In this document: positions 1-12,876 of the stretch, in pieces
Numbering within the stretch: the stretch's first letter is position 1
Layout: the number at the start of each line of letters is the position of its first letter
NCBI GenBank assembly: GCA_002269645.1
Contig: NIVC01000003.1
Location: 310,001 to 374,000 of the forward strand
Length of the DNA stretch: 64,000 nucleotides
Reading direction: 5' to 3'
From: Macrostomum lignano
Lineage: Eukaryota
Notes under the pieces: model-generated
The model's database searches: none
What the model saw: the letters and a program-made list of their open reading frames with translations, nothing else
Told to the model about the DNA's origin: nothing
Made by a program: the position numbers and the translations under genes

Positions 1-453
1 AGATCTCCTCTAATTCCCCTCTTCCCCAGATCTCCTCTAATTCCCCTCTTCCCTAGATCTCCTCTAATTCCCCTCTTCCCCAGATCTCCTCTAATTCCCC
101 TCTTCCCCAGATCTCCTCTAATTCCCCTTTTTCCCAGATCTCCTCTAATTCCCCTCTTTCCTATATCTACTCTAATTCCCCTCTTTCCCAGATCTCATTT
201 AATTCCCCTCTTTCCTATATCTACTCTAATTCCCCTCTCCCAGATCTCCTCTAATTCCCCTCTTCCCTGGATCTCCTCTAATTCCCCTCTTCCCCAGATC
301 TCCTCTAATTCCCCTCTTCCCAGATCTCCTCTAATTCCCCTCTTCCCAGATCTCCTCTAATTCCCCTCTTCCCCAGATCTCCTCTAATTCCCCTCTTCCC
401 CAGATCTCCTCTAATTCCCCTCTTCCCCAGATCTCCTCTAATTCCCCTCTTCC
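1..453. repeat. ~27-bp minisatellite (AGATCTCCTCTAATTCCCCTCTTCCCC), in intron 1 of the left CRAL-TRIO gene
   Basis: Unit visibly repeated from the window edge to ~453. Confidence 0.95.
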
Positions 454-536
454 CGAACCGCCGCAGTTGTCCAGCCGTTCCTACAATCCCCCTGTAAGAT
501 GATTGGCCTGCAGCAGAGCCACAAGCTGTCACTCAC

Positions 537-705
537 CTGTCCGGCACCTGAGGTGCGGCATGCTGCTCAGCCAGCGTCTCAGGCTGGCGATGTGAGCCGG
601 CAGCTGGCTGGGCTTCTCATTGAGCTCCTTCTCGGCCCGCCTGATAAACTGCGGCTCCACGCCTTCGTAGTCGTAGGGCCGGACGTCTTCAGTGGGGGCC
701 GCCAT
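537..705 (-). CDS. CRAL-TRIO protein paralog 1, first coding exon only (remainder lies left of the window)
   Basis: ATG at 705; reads MAAPTEDVRPYDYEGVEPQFIRRAEKELNEKPSQLPAHIASLRRWLSSMPHLRCRT, then a GTGAG donor at 536. Same 169-nt length and phase as exon 1 of the gene at 3375-3543, with near-identical 3' half. Confidence 0.85.
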
Positions 706-1017
706 CGCTGATTTATCTCAGCCGGTCCGGTGTCTGCCTGGCTGCCGTACTTATAATGCACCGATGCAGTGCCGGCTTCGCACTTTCGCTTTTCTGGACA
801 CTGCTTGTCTGGTTGGCTATTGGCTGCTATGCACTCCACTCGACTCGCTTGGGGTTGGGACTCTGTAGCAGCTCTTCATTATCAGTTTAGCTGCAATTGC
901 GCATTAAGCTCTGCTGCTATTCTGTGCTAAGCATTCTTCTGCCTTTCGTGCGATTTTTATGGCTGGGTTATCCTGAAGTCACGCAGACTCATGGGTGTTT
1001 GAATCCCCTTGGTTAGG

Positions 1018-1704
1018 TTCTCCAGGTGGGTTAGGGCCTGTGGGGAGATTCTCTAGGTGGGGTAGGGTCTATGGGAGACTCTCCAGGTGGGATAGGGTCT
1101 ATGGGGAGATTCTCCAGGTGGGTTAGGGTCTGTGGGGAGATTCTCTAGGTGGGTAGGGTCTATGGGGAGAGACTCTCTAGGTGGGGTAGAGTCTATGGGG
1201 AGATTCTCCAGATGGGTTACGGTCTGTGGGGAGATTCTCTAGGTGGGGTAGGGTCTATGGGAGACTCTCCAGGTGAGGTAGAGTCTGGGGAGAGACTCTC
1301 CAGGTGGAGTAGAGTCTATGGGGAGATTCTCCAGATGGGTTAGGGTCTGTGGGGAGATTCTCTAGGTGGGGTAGGGTCTATGGGAGACTCTCCAGGTGAG
1401 GTAGAGTAAGGGGAGAGACTCTGCAGGTGGAGTAGAGTCTATGGGGAGATTCTCCAGGTGGGTTAGGATCTGTGGGGAGATTCTCTAGGTGGGGTAGGGT
1501 CTATGGGAGACTCTCCAGGTGGGGTAGGGTCTATGGGGAGACTCTCCAGGTGGGGTAGGGTCTATGGGGAGACTCTCCAGGTGGGGTAGGGTCTATGGGG
1601 AGACTCTCCAGGTGGGGTAGGGTCTATGGGGAGACTCTCCAGGTGGGGTAGGGTCTATGGGGAGACTTTCCAGGTGGGGTAGAGTCTGTGGGGAGATTCT
1701 CTAG
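1018..1704. repeat. ~31-bp G-rich minisatellite (GGGGAGACTCTCCAGGTGGGGTAGGGTCTAT)
   Basis: Direct tandem repetition with variant units. Confidence 0.95.
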
Positions 1705-2314
1705 GTGGGTTAGGGTCGTCTAAGATGGAATTCTCAAAGTACAAAAGCAAGCGCCGGTAGATCAGATGCGGACCTCTGGCCAGTCAGCCTGTACTAATTG
1801 CCTTTAGTGCATGAGCCCTTGCACAGGTGCATTCGTCCTCAGAGTGCAATAAAAGCGCCAGACGGCGGGACCAGTTTTTCTGCGCAGATTGTTTTGACTA
1901 AGATTTTTTACATTGTTTGATTACTTTTGCGTTCGTCCCGTCTGGAGCACGGGTGCACTCGTTCTTAGGTTTAGACTCTGACCGGCCTGCTTGAGAAAAT
2001 CGATTCCAGAAATTGCCTGCCGTATAAAATTGACTAACACGCCTGATCTAAATAACATGCACACCAACTAAGAAGCTTAGCAGGGTATGAGCATAAGCAG
2101 GGCAGCCGATTTAGAACAAATTATTATCGAATTTATATGGCTTCCATGTTTTCTACTTGGTGGCTCGGCTCCTACATTCAAAAAACTTTTAACAAGGCCT
2201 CACGCGGTGATTTTTTACTTTGAAACTTGATACGGTTACACTCTGGGTTCCCTAGATGATGTCAGCGAGTACTTTATCGGGCTTCTGTGCCCGGTGCCAT
2301 CTCGGGTATCTAAT

Positions 2315-3543
2315 TCAGTCAACGTTCAGCTTGGTGAAGGTGCCCTGGATACCAGTGGTCGCGTCCGCCGCGCTGTCCTCCGTGCGCAAGTAGTCCTTGG
2401 TCGTTGGCAGCCGCTTGGATTCGTCAACCTCCATCTCCTGCCGCTGAAGACGCCACTCCCTGTGCATCCGCTCGCTGCCGAAGTTGTTTCTTGTCCATTC
2501 CATCAGCTCCTGCAGGGTGCTGTTGCTGCCGCCGAGCTCCTTGGGCAGCAGACGGTCGGCGTCCTGCTCCCCGATGACTTTCCTGAGCCGGCCGTAGTCC
2601 TTGCCGACCTTGTGCAGCTTCTTCTTGAACTTCTCCTTGAGAAACGGCGCGTTCTTGATCAGGGTGAAGATCACGTCAAAGAACGCCGGCTCGTTCACGT
2701 AGATCACGGCGCGGATTCGTACCGGAAACGCATCCTGCCAGTTGCGCATCAGGGAGAAGAAGTTCTTGCGGTTCTCGAAGAAGCTCATCTGGCTCCGATT
2801 GGCCTGGTTCATGTTAACGAGGATCTTGATGCCGTTGATCTGGCTGTACTGGTCCAGCTGCACCGCGTCCACCGACATGTAAATGCAGCGGATCAGCTGC
2901 TCGAACGTCATCTTCTGCTGGTCCCAGTAGCCCATGTTGGACACGTAGACGCCCTCGCCTTCGCTTGTGTGTCCGAGAAACACATGGAAAGGATGGCTGA
3001 GGTACTCCTGCCGAAGGAAGGGCAATGCTAATCTTATTGTCGGTGAAACAACCCAAAAGCGCAGTCTGCAAGTTGTTCAGCCTCACCTTAACCTCCGGAC
3101 TGTTCACCGGATCAGGGTAATCGAACCAGTTCGGGTTGCCCTTGGGCGACTTGCGGATGGTCAGGTAGTTGTCCAGCAGCATCTGGGCGCGGCTCTGGTC
3201 GAACTTGGCCACGCGAAGGAAGCGCAGCAGGAATCGGTCGTCTGCGCAGGGGAGAAGGGTTGTTCTCTTTGTTTCTAACTTCAAGCTCTCTTCTCGCTAC
3301 TTACGAGTAGGCGGTCATCAGATTTTCACTTTTTGCTTTCGGCTGAGTTGGAAAGGCACAAACTGCTCTCTCACCTGTCCGGCACCTGAGGTGCGGCATG
3401 CTGCCCAGCCAGCGTCTCAGGCTGGCGATGTGGGCCGTGACCTGCGCCGGCTTCTCGTTCAGCTCCTTCTCGGCCCGCTTGATGAACCTCTTTTCGACGC
3501 CGTCGTAGGTGTACGGCCCGTCGTCTTCCACTGCCGAAGCCAT
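2315..3543 (-). CDS. CRAL-TRIO (Sec14-like, alpha-tocopherol transfer protein/clavesin/CRALBP family) lipid-binding protein, ~338 aa
   Basis: Exons 3543-3375, 3241-3087, 3007-2315; GT-AG introns, phases consistent (1, 0). CRAL_TRIO_N motif DDRFLLRFLRVAKFD; CRAL-TRIO motifs QINGIKILVNM, QDAFPVRIRAVIYVNEP and LLPKELGG. Confidence 0.92.
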
Positions 3544-4093
3544 TTCTGCTTTGCTCTGCTTCTGGATTGAGAATTGCTGCAAGTGCGCTCGCTCGAACTG
3601 CGGGTGAGACGCTCGGGCACTCGCCAGCTATTCTTTAATACCTCGAGAATTGTCGGGTAGAGTACCACAAAAGCAACTGGGGCTGTTGTCTGCTTTGCCT
3701 TCTGCACAGCCAGTTGCTTCGGCAGACACCCCGCCTTCCCCATTGACAAGTACCAGAGCTTAGGCGCTTCTGTCTTCTGCCCTGCCTAGCGGCTGCCTGC
3801 TGCAGCAGATCCAGGGCAGACTGGGCGCTCCTATTGTTGCCTGCACCCCTATTGAGTCAGTGTTCTGTGTGTTGGAAATTTGTCTTATTTATTAAATTTT
3901 GCAGATGCAGACGTTATTGCTGCGTTCTGCTGCTTGCGATAGCAGCGCCCCGTACTGGGTTACACCTGTAGTGAATCAGCTGGCTTCATCCACGCTGGAG
4001 ACTGGGTGGAGCACTTTGAGTAATGAAAATATTCTCCAGGCAGAAAGACATAAAGTGAGAGAGAAGGTGACTGCAAGATAGAGGGACAGGTAC

Positions 4094-4561
4094 AGTGAGG
4101 GAGAGTCAGTGAGGGAGAGTCAGTGAGGAGAGTCAGTGAGGGAGAGTTAGTGAGGGAGAGTCAGTGAGGGAGAGTCAGTGGGGAGAGTCAGTGGGGAGAG
4201 TCAGTGAGGGAGAGTTAGTGAGGGAGAGTCAGTGAGGGAGAGTCAGTGAGGGAGAGTCAGTGAGGGAGAGTCAGTGAGGGAGAGTCAGTGAGGGAGAGTC
4301 AGTGAGGGAGAGTCAGTGAGGGAGAGTCAGTGGGGAGAGTCAGTGAGGGAGAGTCAGTGAGGGAGAGTCAGTGGGGAGAGTCAGTGAGGGAGAGTCAGTG
4401 AGGGAGAGTCAGTGGGGAGAGTCAGTGGGGAGAGTCAGTGAGGGAGAGTCAGTGAGGGAGAGCCAGTGAGGGAGAGTCAGTGAGGGAGAGTCAGTGGGGA
4501 GAGTCAGTGAGGGAGAGTCAGTGAGGGAGAGTCAGTGAGGGAGAGTCAGTGGGGAGAGTCA
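4094..4561. repeat. 14-bp minisatellite (GAGGGAGAGTCAGT)
   Basis: Direct tandem repetition. Confidence 0.95.
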
Positions 4562-4584
4562 GAGTGAAGAATATTGATATATAG

Positions 4585-4795
4585 GCTGCGTACGGCTGTT
4601 AAGTCCAAGGACTGGGGGGTCGCCACACAAACCCTCAATTACCCCAGCTAATGCTGGCACCCATGTTACTGCTGGGTGGACTGCAGCGATGCAGAGTTAA
4701 ATGGTCTTGCTCAAGGACACAAATTGTTCCAGTGGGATCAGGAATCGAACCCCCGACCTTCAAGTCGGAATACAAACCATATAAAAACCAATACT
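4585..4795 (+). mobile_element. Probable SINE remnant with a Nin/Deu-type conserved core
   Basis: GCTGGCACCCATGTTACTGCTGGGTGGA...GTCTTGCTCAAGGACACAA...GGAATCGAACCCCCGACC resembles the Nin/DeuSINE central domain as I recall it. Recognised from memory, not aligned. Confidence 0.5.
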
Positions 4796-5351
4796 GCACG
4801 CAGGCACACGCTCACACAGGGTGCACAGGGGCACTGACTTTCCAATCGTCAGCCGTGTACTCTCTGTAACTTGGCATTGCCCTCATGGGGTGCGAATTGC
4901 AGAACCCCGGGCAATCTGTTCTGTGTTGGCCTACCCGTGAAATTTTGAGTTCTGCAGGAAAGAAACACCTGTTGCTCCGGGCTCTGCTTCACTGTCTCCA
5001 GTGCCAGTCGCGTTCAACCAAATGAACTGGCACTCCGAAATAAATTTTGAGACAACATTGATACTCTAAACTAAGCCATACTGTACCTGCGAACCCGCTT
5101 CACTCATTGGCATTCCATTTTAATTGTAGCTTTCTAGGAAACCTGCCGATTTGCGCAGCTTTTCGCTCCGACGAATTAAACTGACTGCCATATTTGGCCA
5201 TGATAAAGGGGGTGAGAGGGACGAGGTGATCAGCGCAAGTGATGCACCATGCTGAACAGTTCACACAGGGGAAAATTATTTTTTAACTTTCTTCCAACAC
5301 AGTTTGAGTTTGGCACCTCAATCATACTCTGCGTCTAATACTCGTCTCACA

Positions 5352-5930
5352 TCTCTCCTCTCCTCTCTACTCCAATCTCCCCCTTCTCTCCTTCTCCTCT
5401 CTTCTCCTCTCCACTCCAATCCCCTTCCTTCTCTCCTTTTCCTTCTCCTCTCTTCTCCTCTGCTCTCCACTCCAATCTCCTCTCTTCTCTTCTCCTCTCC
5501 ACTCCAATCTCCTTCCTTCTCTCCTTCTCTCCTCCTCTCTTCTCTTCTCCTCTCCACTCCAATCCCCTTCCTTCTCTCCTTTTCCTTCTCCTCTCTTCTC
5601 CTCTGCTCTCCACTCCAATCTCCTCTCTTCTCTTCTCCTCTCCACTCCAATCTCCTCCCTTCTCTCCTTCTCTCCTCCTCTCTTCTCTTCTCCTCTCCAC
5701 TCCAATCTCCTCCCTTCTCTCCTTCTCTCCTCCTCTCTTCTCTTCTCCTCTCCACTCCAATCTCCTCCCTTCTCTCCTTCTCTCCTCCTCTCTTCTCTTC
5801 TCCTCTCCACTCCAATCTCCTCCCTTCTCTCCTTCTCTCCTCCTCTCTTCTCTTCTCCTCTCCACTCCAATCTCCTCCCTTCTCTCATTCTCTCCTCCTC
5901 TCTTCTCCTCTCCTTTCCTCTCCTCTCCTC
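5352..5930. repeat. CT-rich low-complexity higher-order repeat
   Basis: Polypyrimidine units anchored by CCACTCCAATC. Confidence 0.9.
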
Positions 5931-7445
5931 ATCAAGCAGGCCGGTAGTTCAATGCCTCACGCTGCAAACAGACTCAGGCGGCCTGGCGGTTGCTGTAGCG
6001 GTCAGCTTGGCCTCGCCAACAAGCTCGCAGCCTGCGGCCCGTGGCTAAGTAGGGGAATCCAGCTAACCCCCCCCCCCCAACAGATCCCCTCCTCTGCGCA
6101 AGCCACGCGTGACTCGGATTCAGTCTCTAGGCTGTAAGAGAGAAAGCCCTCAAAATGATGAATTTATTAGAGATTTGAGATCCCAGACCGCAGCGTGAGC
6201 CGGGTCGCGCAGACCCCTTCTAACAAGATCGATGTCCAGCCCTCAGACTCCAGCTGAGCCTCCTTCAGACATCAAAAGGCATCGCCTGCATTTTCCAGTG
6301 GCGATCAAAGCCCCCTCCCTCCCGTAAAAACTCTGAACTCCCGGTGCCGTCGAGCGTGGCAAAATAATTGCGCGGATATCGAGCCGGGCTCGCCGCTTTG
6401 TCAGAGGCGGAGCTTTGGGCCCAGATTGATCCCATTGATCCCGATTGATCCCCCCCCGTATCCAAGGCCGAGGAGCCGCCTGTGTTATTGTGGGATTTCC
6501 ATGCATCGTCTTCATTTTTCACGGCCGATTTGCTGGGGCGAGCATGGGATGAGCAATTGCGATGGGAGCCAGATCCGGGATCTGGAATTCGCTGCTCAGC
6601 CGGGCGTCTCATGCCCGTTTATGACAAACTGCCTTTGCACCGCCATCTCAAAAACCATCTCAAATCGATTCCCCCAGAGTTCAAATCCTTGGCACCTGGC
6701 CAACTCTCTTCCTAAAACTATTTTTCCTGCCGTCAAGGTGGATTAACTCGGGATGTGGGAGTTGGGGGGGGGAGGGCATCGTCCCGCCTTGACAACAGAG
6801 ACGCCCCGAGCTGCCCCAGTTACAAACAACCTTTTTTGAGGAAGGGTCGCTTTCTTAACCTTTTTATTCTGCCGTGTTGGAAAAGGAAACAAGGCGAAGC
6901 AGACGCGAGGCCGTGTAATGTTGAATTAATTGGCCCGTATTGTTGGCAGTGGGCCGCTTGCGTCTTTTACCTTTGTTTTTTTATTAACCAGCTCGAGTCG
7001 GGCACTGCATGTATCCGGGCAGGGGGGGGGGGGGTAGTTTTTGCGGCTGGGGAAAAAAACGAAAAATCCCCGCCTTTACAGTGATTTAAGATCCCCAATT
7101 TGTGCTCTAATTTTTTTTAAAAACAAAACCAGCAAAAACTGGCTACTCACGCGGAGTCTGTTTCTGAGGAGTTTTAAAAACTTCTCACTAAATCCCAGCT
7201 AAGTACATGGGAGCAAAGTTGATTTGTGAGGGCCCTGGCTCAGTGCCAATGCTTGAGTTGACCTCAATCGAAACTTTGAAGTGGGTGACCTCAGGGTGAC
7301 CTGGCTCTTAGTTGACCTTTATCGAAAAACAATATTGAAAGCGTTGGGAACAAAGCAGGAGGGAGTGTGCGGAGGGGAAGAATGCTATGGAAAATGAGAA
7401 GGAAAGATTCGAGAAAGGGAAGAAGACGGTTGAGTTGGTTATTGA

Positions 7446-8066
7446 GAGGGTGTAGCAGAGGGTATAGCAGGATCGAGAGGGTATTCGAGAGGGTGTAGCA
7501 GAGGGTATAGCAGGATCGAGAGGGTATTCGAGAGGGTGTAGCAGAGGGTATAGCAGGATCGAGAGGGTATTCGAGAGGGTGTAGCAGAGGGTATAGCAGG
7601 ATCGAGAGGGTATTCGAGAGGGTGTAGTAGAGGGTACACCAGGATCGGGAGGGTATTCGAGAGGGTGTAGCAGAGGGTATAGCAGGATCGAGAGGGTGTA
7701 GCAGAGGGTATAGCATGATCGAGAGGGTGTAGCAGGATCGAGAGGGTATAGCAGGATCGAGAGGGTATAGCAGGATCGAGAGGGTGTAGCAGGATCGAGA
7801 GGGTATAGCAGGATCGAGAGGGTATAGCAGGATCGGGAGGGTGTAGCAGAGGGTACACTAGGATCGGGAGGGTGTAGCAGAGGGTATAGCAGGATCGAGA
7901 GGGTGTAGCAGAGGGTATAGCAGGATCGGCAAGGTGATTGTAAGGATGACGGTAAGAAAGATGGTGATGTAGAGGGTGGCAGAGAGGGTGGCAGAGAGGG
8001 TGGCAGAGAGGGTGGCAGAGAGGGTGGCAGAGAGGGTGGCAGAGAGGGTGGCAGAGAGGGTGGCAG
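7446..8066. repeat. Compound purine-rich array (GAGAGGGTGTAGCA/GAGGGTATAGCAGGATC modules), then 12-bp GAGGGTGGCAGA repeat at 7972-8066
   Basis: Direct tandem repetition. Confidence 0.9.
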
Positions 8067-8989
8067 GAAGGCTGATGTACAGCAGGGTTGAGAGGGTGGA
8101 GGGTGATTCTCTGCATGGCTCTCACCTACGGCCCATAATCAATGCAGCCCCATTCGCTTCAATGTGTAGACAGAAATCAGACCCCACCTTGGCTTCCGCG
8201 AGGAAGTTAATAAAAAAGCAGCCACTGAACTGCGGGAATTCGATACCTGAACGTTCCGAAAAATGTGGAAAATGTGTGAAGATATTGTTGAGCTAAGAGG
8301 CAGACAGTAAAGAACAGTGGGGGGGGGCACTGAGACACTTGATGCCGCATGAAATACAATTTCCAGTTTTACACGCCATCTGCCAAAATGTTGACGGGGC
8401 TCGTGAAACTTTTTCATGCTATGAGGAGGTGTGAAACTGTTTTTAGTGACGCACGTGTTGATCATCACGGCTATGCGACCGCGCCATCACCCCCTGCCCA
8501 GTTTTTACCTGAGGCACCTCAGCCTGGGCGATATTGACGCTTTCACCTGGCAGTTTTTTGGCCATTTTTTCATTTTTCACCCCCCCGCTGGGTGTTGCAT
8601 CGCCAGCAGTTCTCTGGTCAGGCCTGTCACCTTCTGTCCATTGTTCTGCGCTGAAGTGTTGATTTTAACAGTTTTTTTCTAAATATTGATGCCATGAAAA
8701 GTGTGAAATGAAAAAATAAGCTATTGTTATTGCCGCTTTTGTCTACGTTTGAGACTTCAGAAGATGTGCTGGGCTATTGGGCTCTGGGCGGAACAAGGGG
8801 TCTCGAGACAAACCATGCAGTTGTCGAAAAAGCGAAAGTGAAGAGGATGCAAAGGAGAGGGCAGCTAGATAGAGGGGAAGGGGTAGAAAGGGATAAGAAG
8901 AGGGGAGAGAAATGGACAGGGAGAGATGGAGAGATAGAAGGTTTGAGAGGGAAAAGATAGGGAGAGAGGAAAAAGAAGGAGAGTTCATT

Positions 8990-9240
8990 GAAGGAGAGGG
9001 AGAGAGGAAGGAGAGGGAGAGGGGAAGGAGAGGGAGAGGGAGAGGGGAAGGAGAGGGAGAGTTGAAGGAGAGGGAGAGGGGAAGGAGAGGGAGAGGGAGA
9101 GGGGAAGGAGAGGGAGAGAGGAAGGAGAGGGAGAGAGGAAGGAGAGGGAGAGAGGAAGGAGAGGGAGAGGGGAAGGAGAGGGAGAGGGAGAGGGGAAGGA
9201 GATGGAGAGATAGAAGGTTTGAGAGGGAGAGAGAGCGAAA
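8990..9240. repeat. GA-rich low-complexity repeat
   Basis: Almost pure G/A tract. Confidence 0.9.
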
Positions 9241-11171
9241 TTCTCGTAGTTGGAGAGAGGGTAGATTGATGGAGAGAGAAGGGGAGAGGGGAAGGACAAG
9301 GCAGAGTGGGAGGGAAATTTTCAGTGAGGCATGCGACAGGACGTGATGAGGCTCGCAGTTTCCAATGTGTTTCCAGAATCCTGTGTCAGTCTATTCAAGC
9401 TTCGCATCGCGTGCGAACGGCCAGTAGAGGCGGGAGACAGCAAGGAGCCACAATTACGATGTCTCCTACGTGAAAGTGAATGCCGCAGGCTGGCTTGTCA
9501 AATCCATGCGTAGCGAGCGGACTGGCAAACAATGGAAGCAGGCTCCGACCACTTGAATCGATTGTTCAAAAACTTCTCCCAAGACAGTGATTGATGAAGC
9601 CGATGTGCAGGCATCTGTGGGATCGGCAGCTGCGCAGTTTTCGGCATTCGGTTTTGCATCCCTCTTATTGAAGCGCTCATTACTGGCATTGAAACTTGCG
9701 TATCGCGTCGGGGGCACTTCGTCCTCGCTCGCAATAAAAACTCACCTCGAACAGCAATTGCCCAGCGGGTTCCAAAACAGCGGTTTCCAGCGGCTGTTGA
9801 AAGCCTCCTGCATTTCCAAGAAGTACACAGGAAATCGACATGACTAATCCGGAGCCAGAATATCCACCTCTTATCCTCGTAATCCCGTTGTTATTTAGTT
9901 AAGCTGTTTAAAACCGGTTTCGAAAACAATTGAAGGGAGGGTGCGAGAAGTCAAAGTCCCTCTAAAACTCCCCATTGTTTGCTGGGGATTATTATGCAAT
10001 TAGCGGCATTGTGCCATTTCTCCCCTCGCCTTATCTCCCACTTTGTCACCCCGAGTTTGCAAACACTGCTTGGATCGCCGGCTCCCAGCCCCCCACTGGG
10101 ACGGCCCGTATCAACAGCGGCTGCGGCACCTCGCACCGCAGTTTGGCATCGAGGAGTCTCCACAGAAGTTGCGTCACTCAAGAATTCCCAAGCTCAACCT
10201 CATGCTCAGCGTGGGATCTGCCGGGAAGTGTTGCACTTGCCTGGCCAGCCGCGGGCCCCAAAGCGATATTCGATCCCCTCCTCGATTGCAGTTCTCCTAG
10301 CAACAGAGGAATCGGTACGCCGCATGGGCGATTCCCCAGGCCAGGTGGGATGATGAAGCCTTGACTGCCTTTTTGCCATGCTTGGAGATTTTTTCTCCCA
10401 AAGTCTGAGGGGACAATTATGTAGTATTTGAAAGCTATATGCTAATTTTTAGCAATAAATTTCTTTTCAAACTTTTAAGCCTTCAAATGGAGACTGCGAG
10501 ACTGCGGCCTGGCAACCACCAGCTTCCCCATCCTAATTGCCGATTGCCTGTCTGTTTGGATATTCTCAAGAAACAGAATAGAGAATTTATTGCCTGTCTC
10601 CGGGATTTTTTGATAATTTAAATTTATTGTTTAACATGCAGTGTACGGAGCGAATCGACAGCTTTTATCGAATCCCGTAGCTTCCCTCTACTGCATCCGG
10701 CAAACAGAACGTCATCTCCGCGATCAACTCACTTATCAACTTGTCAACAGTTGCACTAAGCAACAGCTCATTGCGCAGGTAGTTGGCCTGTGTGCCTATT
10801 AGTGACCTTTCACTCAACTTTTCCTGCATTGCCAATGCCAAATTTGGTTGCCAGGCCCCGGTGGATTCGCCGCTCCTTGCTCATCTGGCCGGGAAGACAA
10901 TGGATGGAGCTGCGGTGTGGGACAGGAAGAGAAAGAAAAACAAGTTGAGCAGCCAGCCGCGGGTGAATCCGGTTGCGTCACAGCCGGCTGGGTGGTCGGT
11001 CTGGCTTGACAAATTTGTTTGCAGTGAAAATGACACCGCGTGTTCCTGAGTTGCTGTTTTAAAAAAGCGATTCATACTCGTAGCAAGGTGCAACGGGATC
11101 TGGGGTACCGGGTTGAACCATAGGATTAGATCCACATGATCTGATACAGAGATTAACTCATGAGGTTTTGC

Positions 11172-12100
11172 TGACCCATGAGATTTGACCTACATGATAT
11201 GACCATGAGATTTGACTCAAATGATCTAACCATGAGATTTGACCTACATTTTCTAACCATGAGATTTGACATACATGATCTGACCAAAGAGATTTGACCT
11301 ACATTTTCTAACCACGAGATTTGACTTTGATGATCTAACCATGAAATTTGACTTCGATGATCTAACCATCAGATTTGACTTTGATGATCTAACCATGAGA
11401 TTTGACTTCGATGAACTAACCATGAGATTTGACATACATGATCTGACCCATGAGATTTGAGTTTGATGATCTAACCATGAGATTTGACCTACATGATCTG
11501 ACCCATGAGATTTGAGTTTGATGATCTAACCATGAGATTTGACCTACATGATCTGACCCATGAGATTTGAGTTTGATGATCTAACCATGAGATTTGACCT
11601 ACATGATCTGACCCATGAGATTTGAGTTTGATGATCTAACCATGAGATTTGACCTACCTGATCTGACCCATGAGATTTGACTTCGATGAACTAACCAAGA
11701 GATTTGACCTACATGATCTGACCCATGAGGTTTGACCTACATGATCTGACCCATGAGATTTGACTTCGATGAACTAACCAAGAGATTTGACCTACATGAT
11801 CTGACCCATGAGGTTTGACCTACATGATCTGACCCATGAGATTTGAGTTTGATGATCTAACCATGAGATTTGACCTACATGATCTGACCCATGAGATTTG
11901 ACCTACATGATCTGACCCATGAGATTTGACCTACATGATCTGACCCATGAGATTTGACCTACATGATCTGACCCATGAGATTTGACCTACATGATCTGAC
12001 CCATGAGATTTGACCTACATGATCTGACCCATGAGATTTGACCTACATGATCTGACCCATGAGATTTGACCTACATGATCTGACCCATGGGATTCGACCT
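11172..12100. repeat. 28-bp minisatellite (CATGAGATTTGACCTACATGATCTGACC), degenerate at left, homogeneous at right
   Basis: Direct tandem repetition with visible polarity. Confidence 0.95.
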
Positions 12101-12697
12101 AAATTGTATCACCAACTTGATTAAAAAAGTGACTAGTTATTTGTCTACCATCTAATGTTTTGTAATAAAAATTGTTTTGCCGCCGAAAATATGGAAATCG
12201 ATTTTTTACTGGAAATTCACCTTAATTATCTGTCCTCAAACTTACGAGCTACCTAGCGAATGACAGCATGATAATTCAATGTATGCAATTATGGGTAATA
12301 AATTTGTACATAACTGCACTAGAGGCAAAATTATTATAGTAGGTTAGCGACTCCAGTTAAAAAAAATAAGCACCAGTTTTTCATAAAGAATTCAATAATG
12401 ATTATTAAATTAAATGTGAAAAAAGCACGTCGCCCGCACATTGGGCGTGCACAATAGCGCAATGGCAACTGCGCGCTTAATTTATACTTTCTCTATATTA
12501 TTTATTGTTATTGACTAATTATATTGAACAGGTGAGGCCAATTACTATAAGCGTGAGGGTGACGGGGTTCAAAGGAATTCCGCCGGAGGGAATTAGCGGC
12601 ATCGCAGGCAGCCCAGCGCACAGCGCAGCCTTCAACCCCCGGCCAGGCCGTGCACGCGCCCTCAGTTCAGAGAGCAGACCCGCCACCCCAGGCTGCC

Positions 12698-12742
12698 AGC
12701 CAATAGGAATCGGGCAAGCCCTAGACGGCGCTGGATTGGCCG
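12698..12742 (+). promoter_or_regulatory. Paired CCAAT/ATTGG boxes upstream of the 12877 gene
   Basis: CCAAT at 12700 and ATTGG at 12735, about 140-180 bp before the ATG. Short motifs, so weak evidence. Confidence 0.3.
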
Positions 12743-12876
12743 AGGCAGACTCTCCACTGTATACTATAGAGATTCTTTGCGGCTAAAAAGCGCGGCGCAC
12801 GGCGAGAGACTCCAGCCGCAAATCCAAGCACAGACAGGAACTCAGCGATCTGCTTCAACAATAATTCACCGCAGAG

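Noticed and set aside
4738-4775. tRNA gene (GGAATCGAACCC is a reverse B-box-like motif)
   Set aside because: No cloverleaf or A-box partner; better explained as part of the SINE-like remnant.
6100-7100. Unique sequence with long C and G runs and short ORFs, possibly a transposon relic
   Set aside because: No TIR, TSD or transposase motif found.
9330-10400. GC-balanced unique sequence with several 60-130 aa ORFs
   Set aside because: No recognisable motif, no consistent codon bias, and no phase-compatible exon chain could be built.
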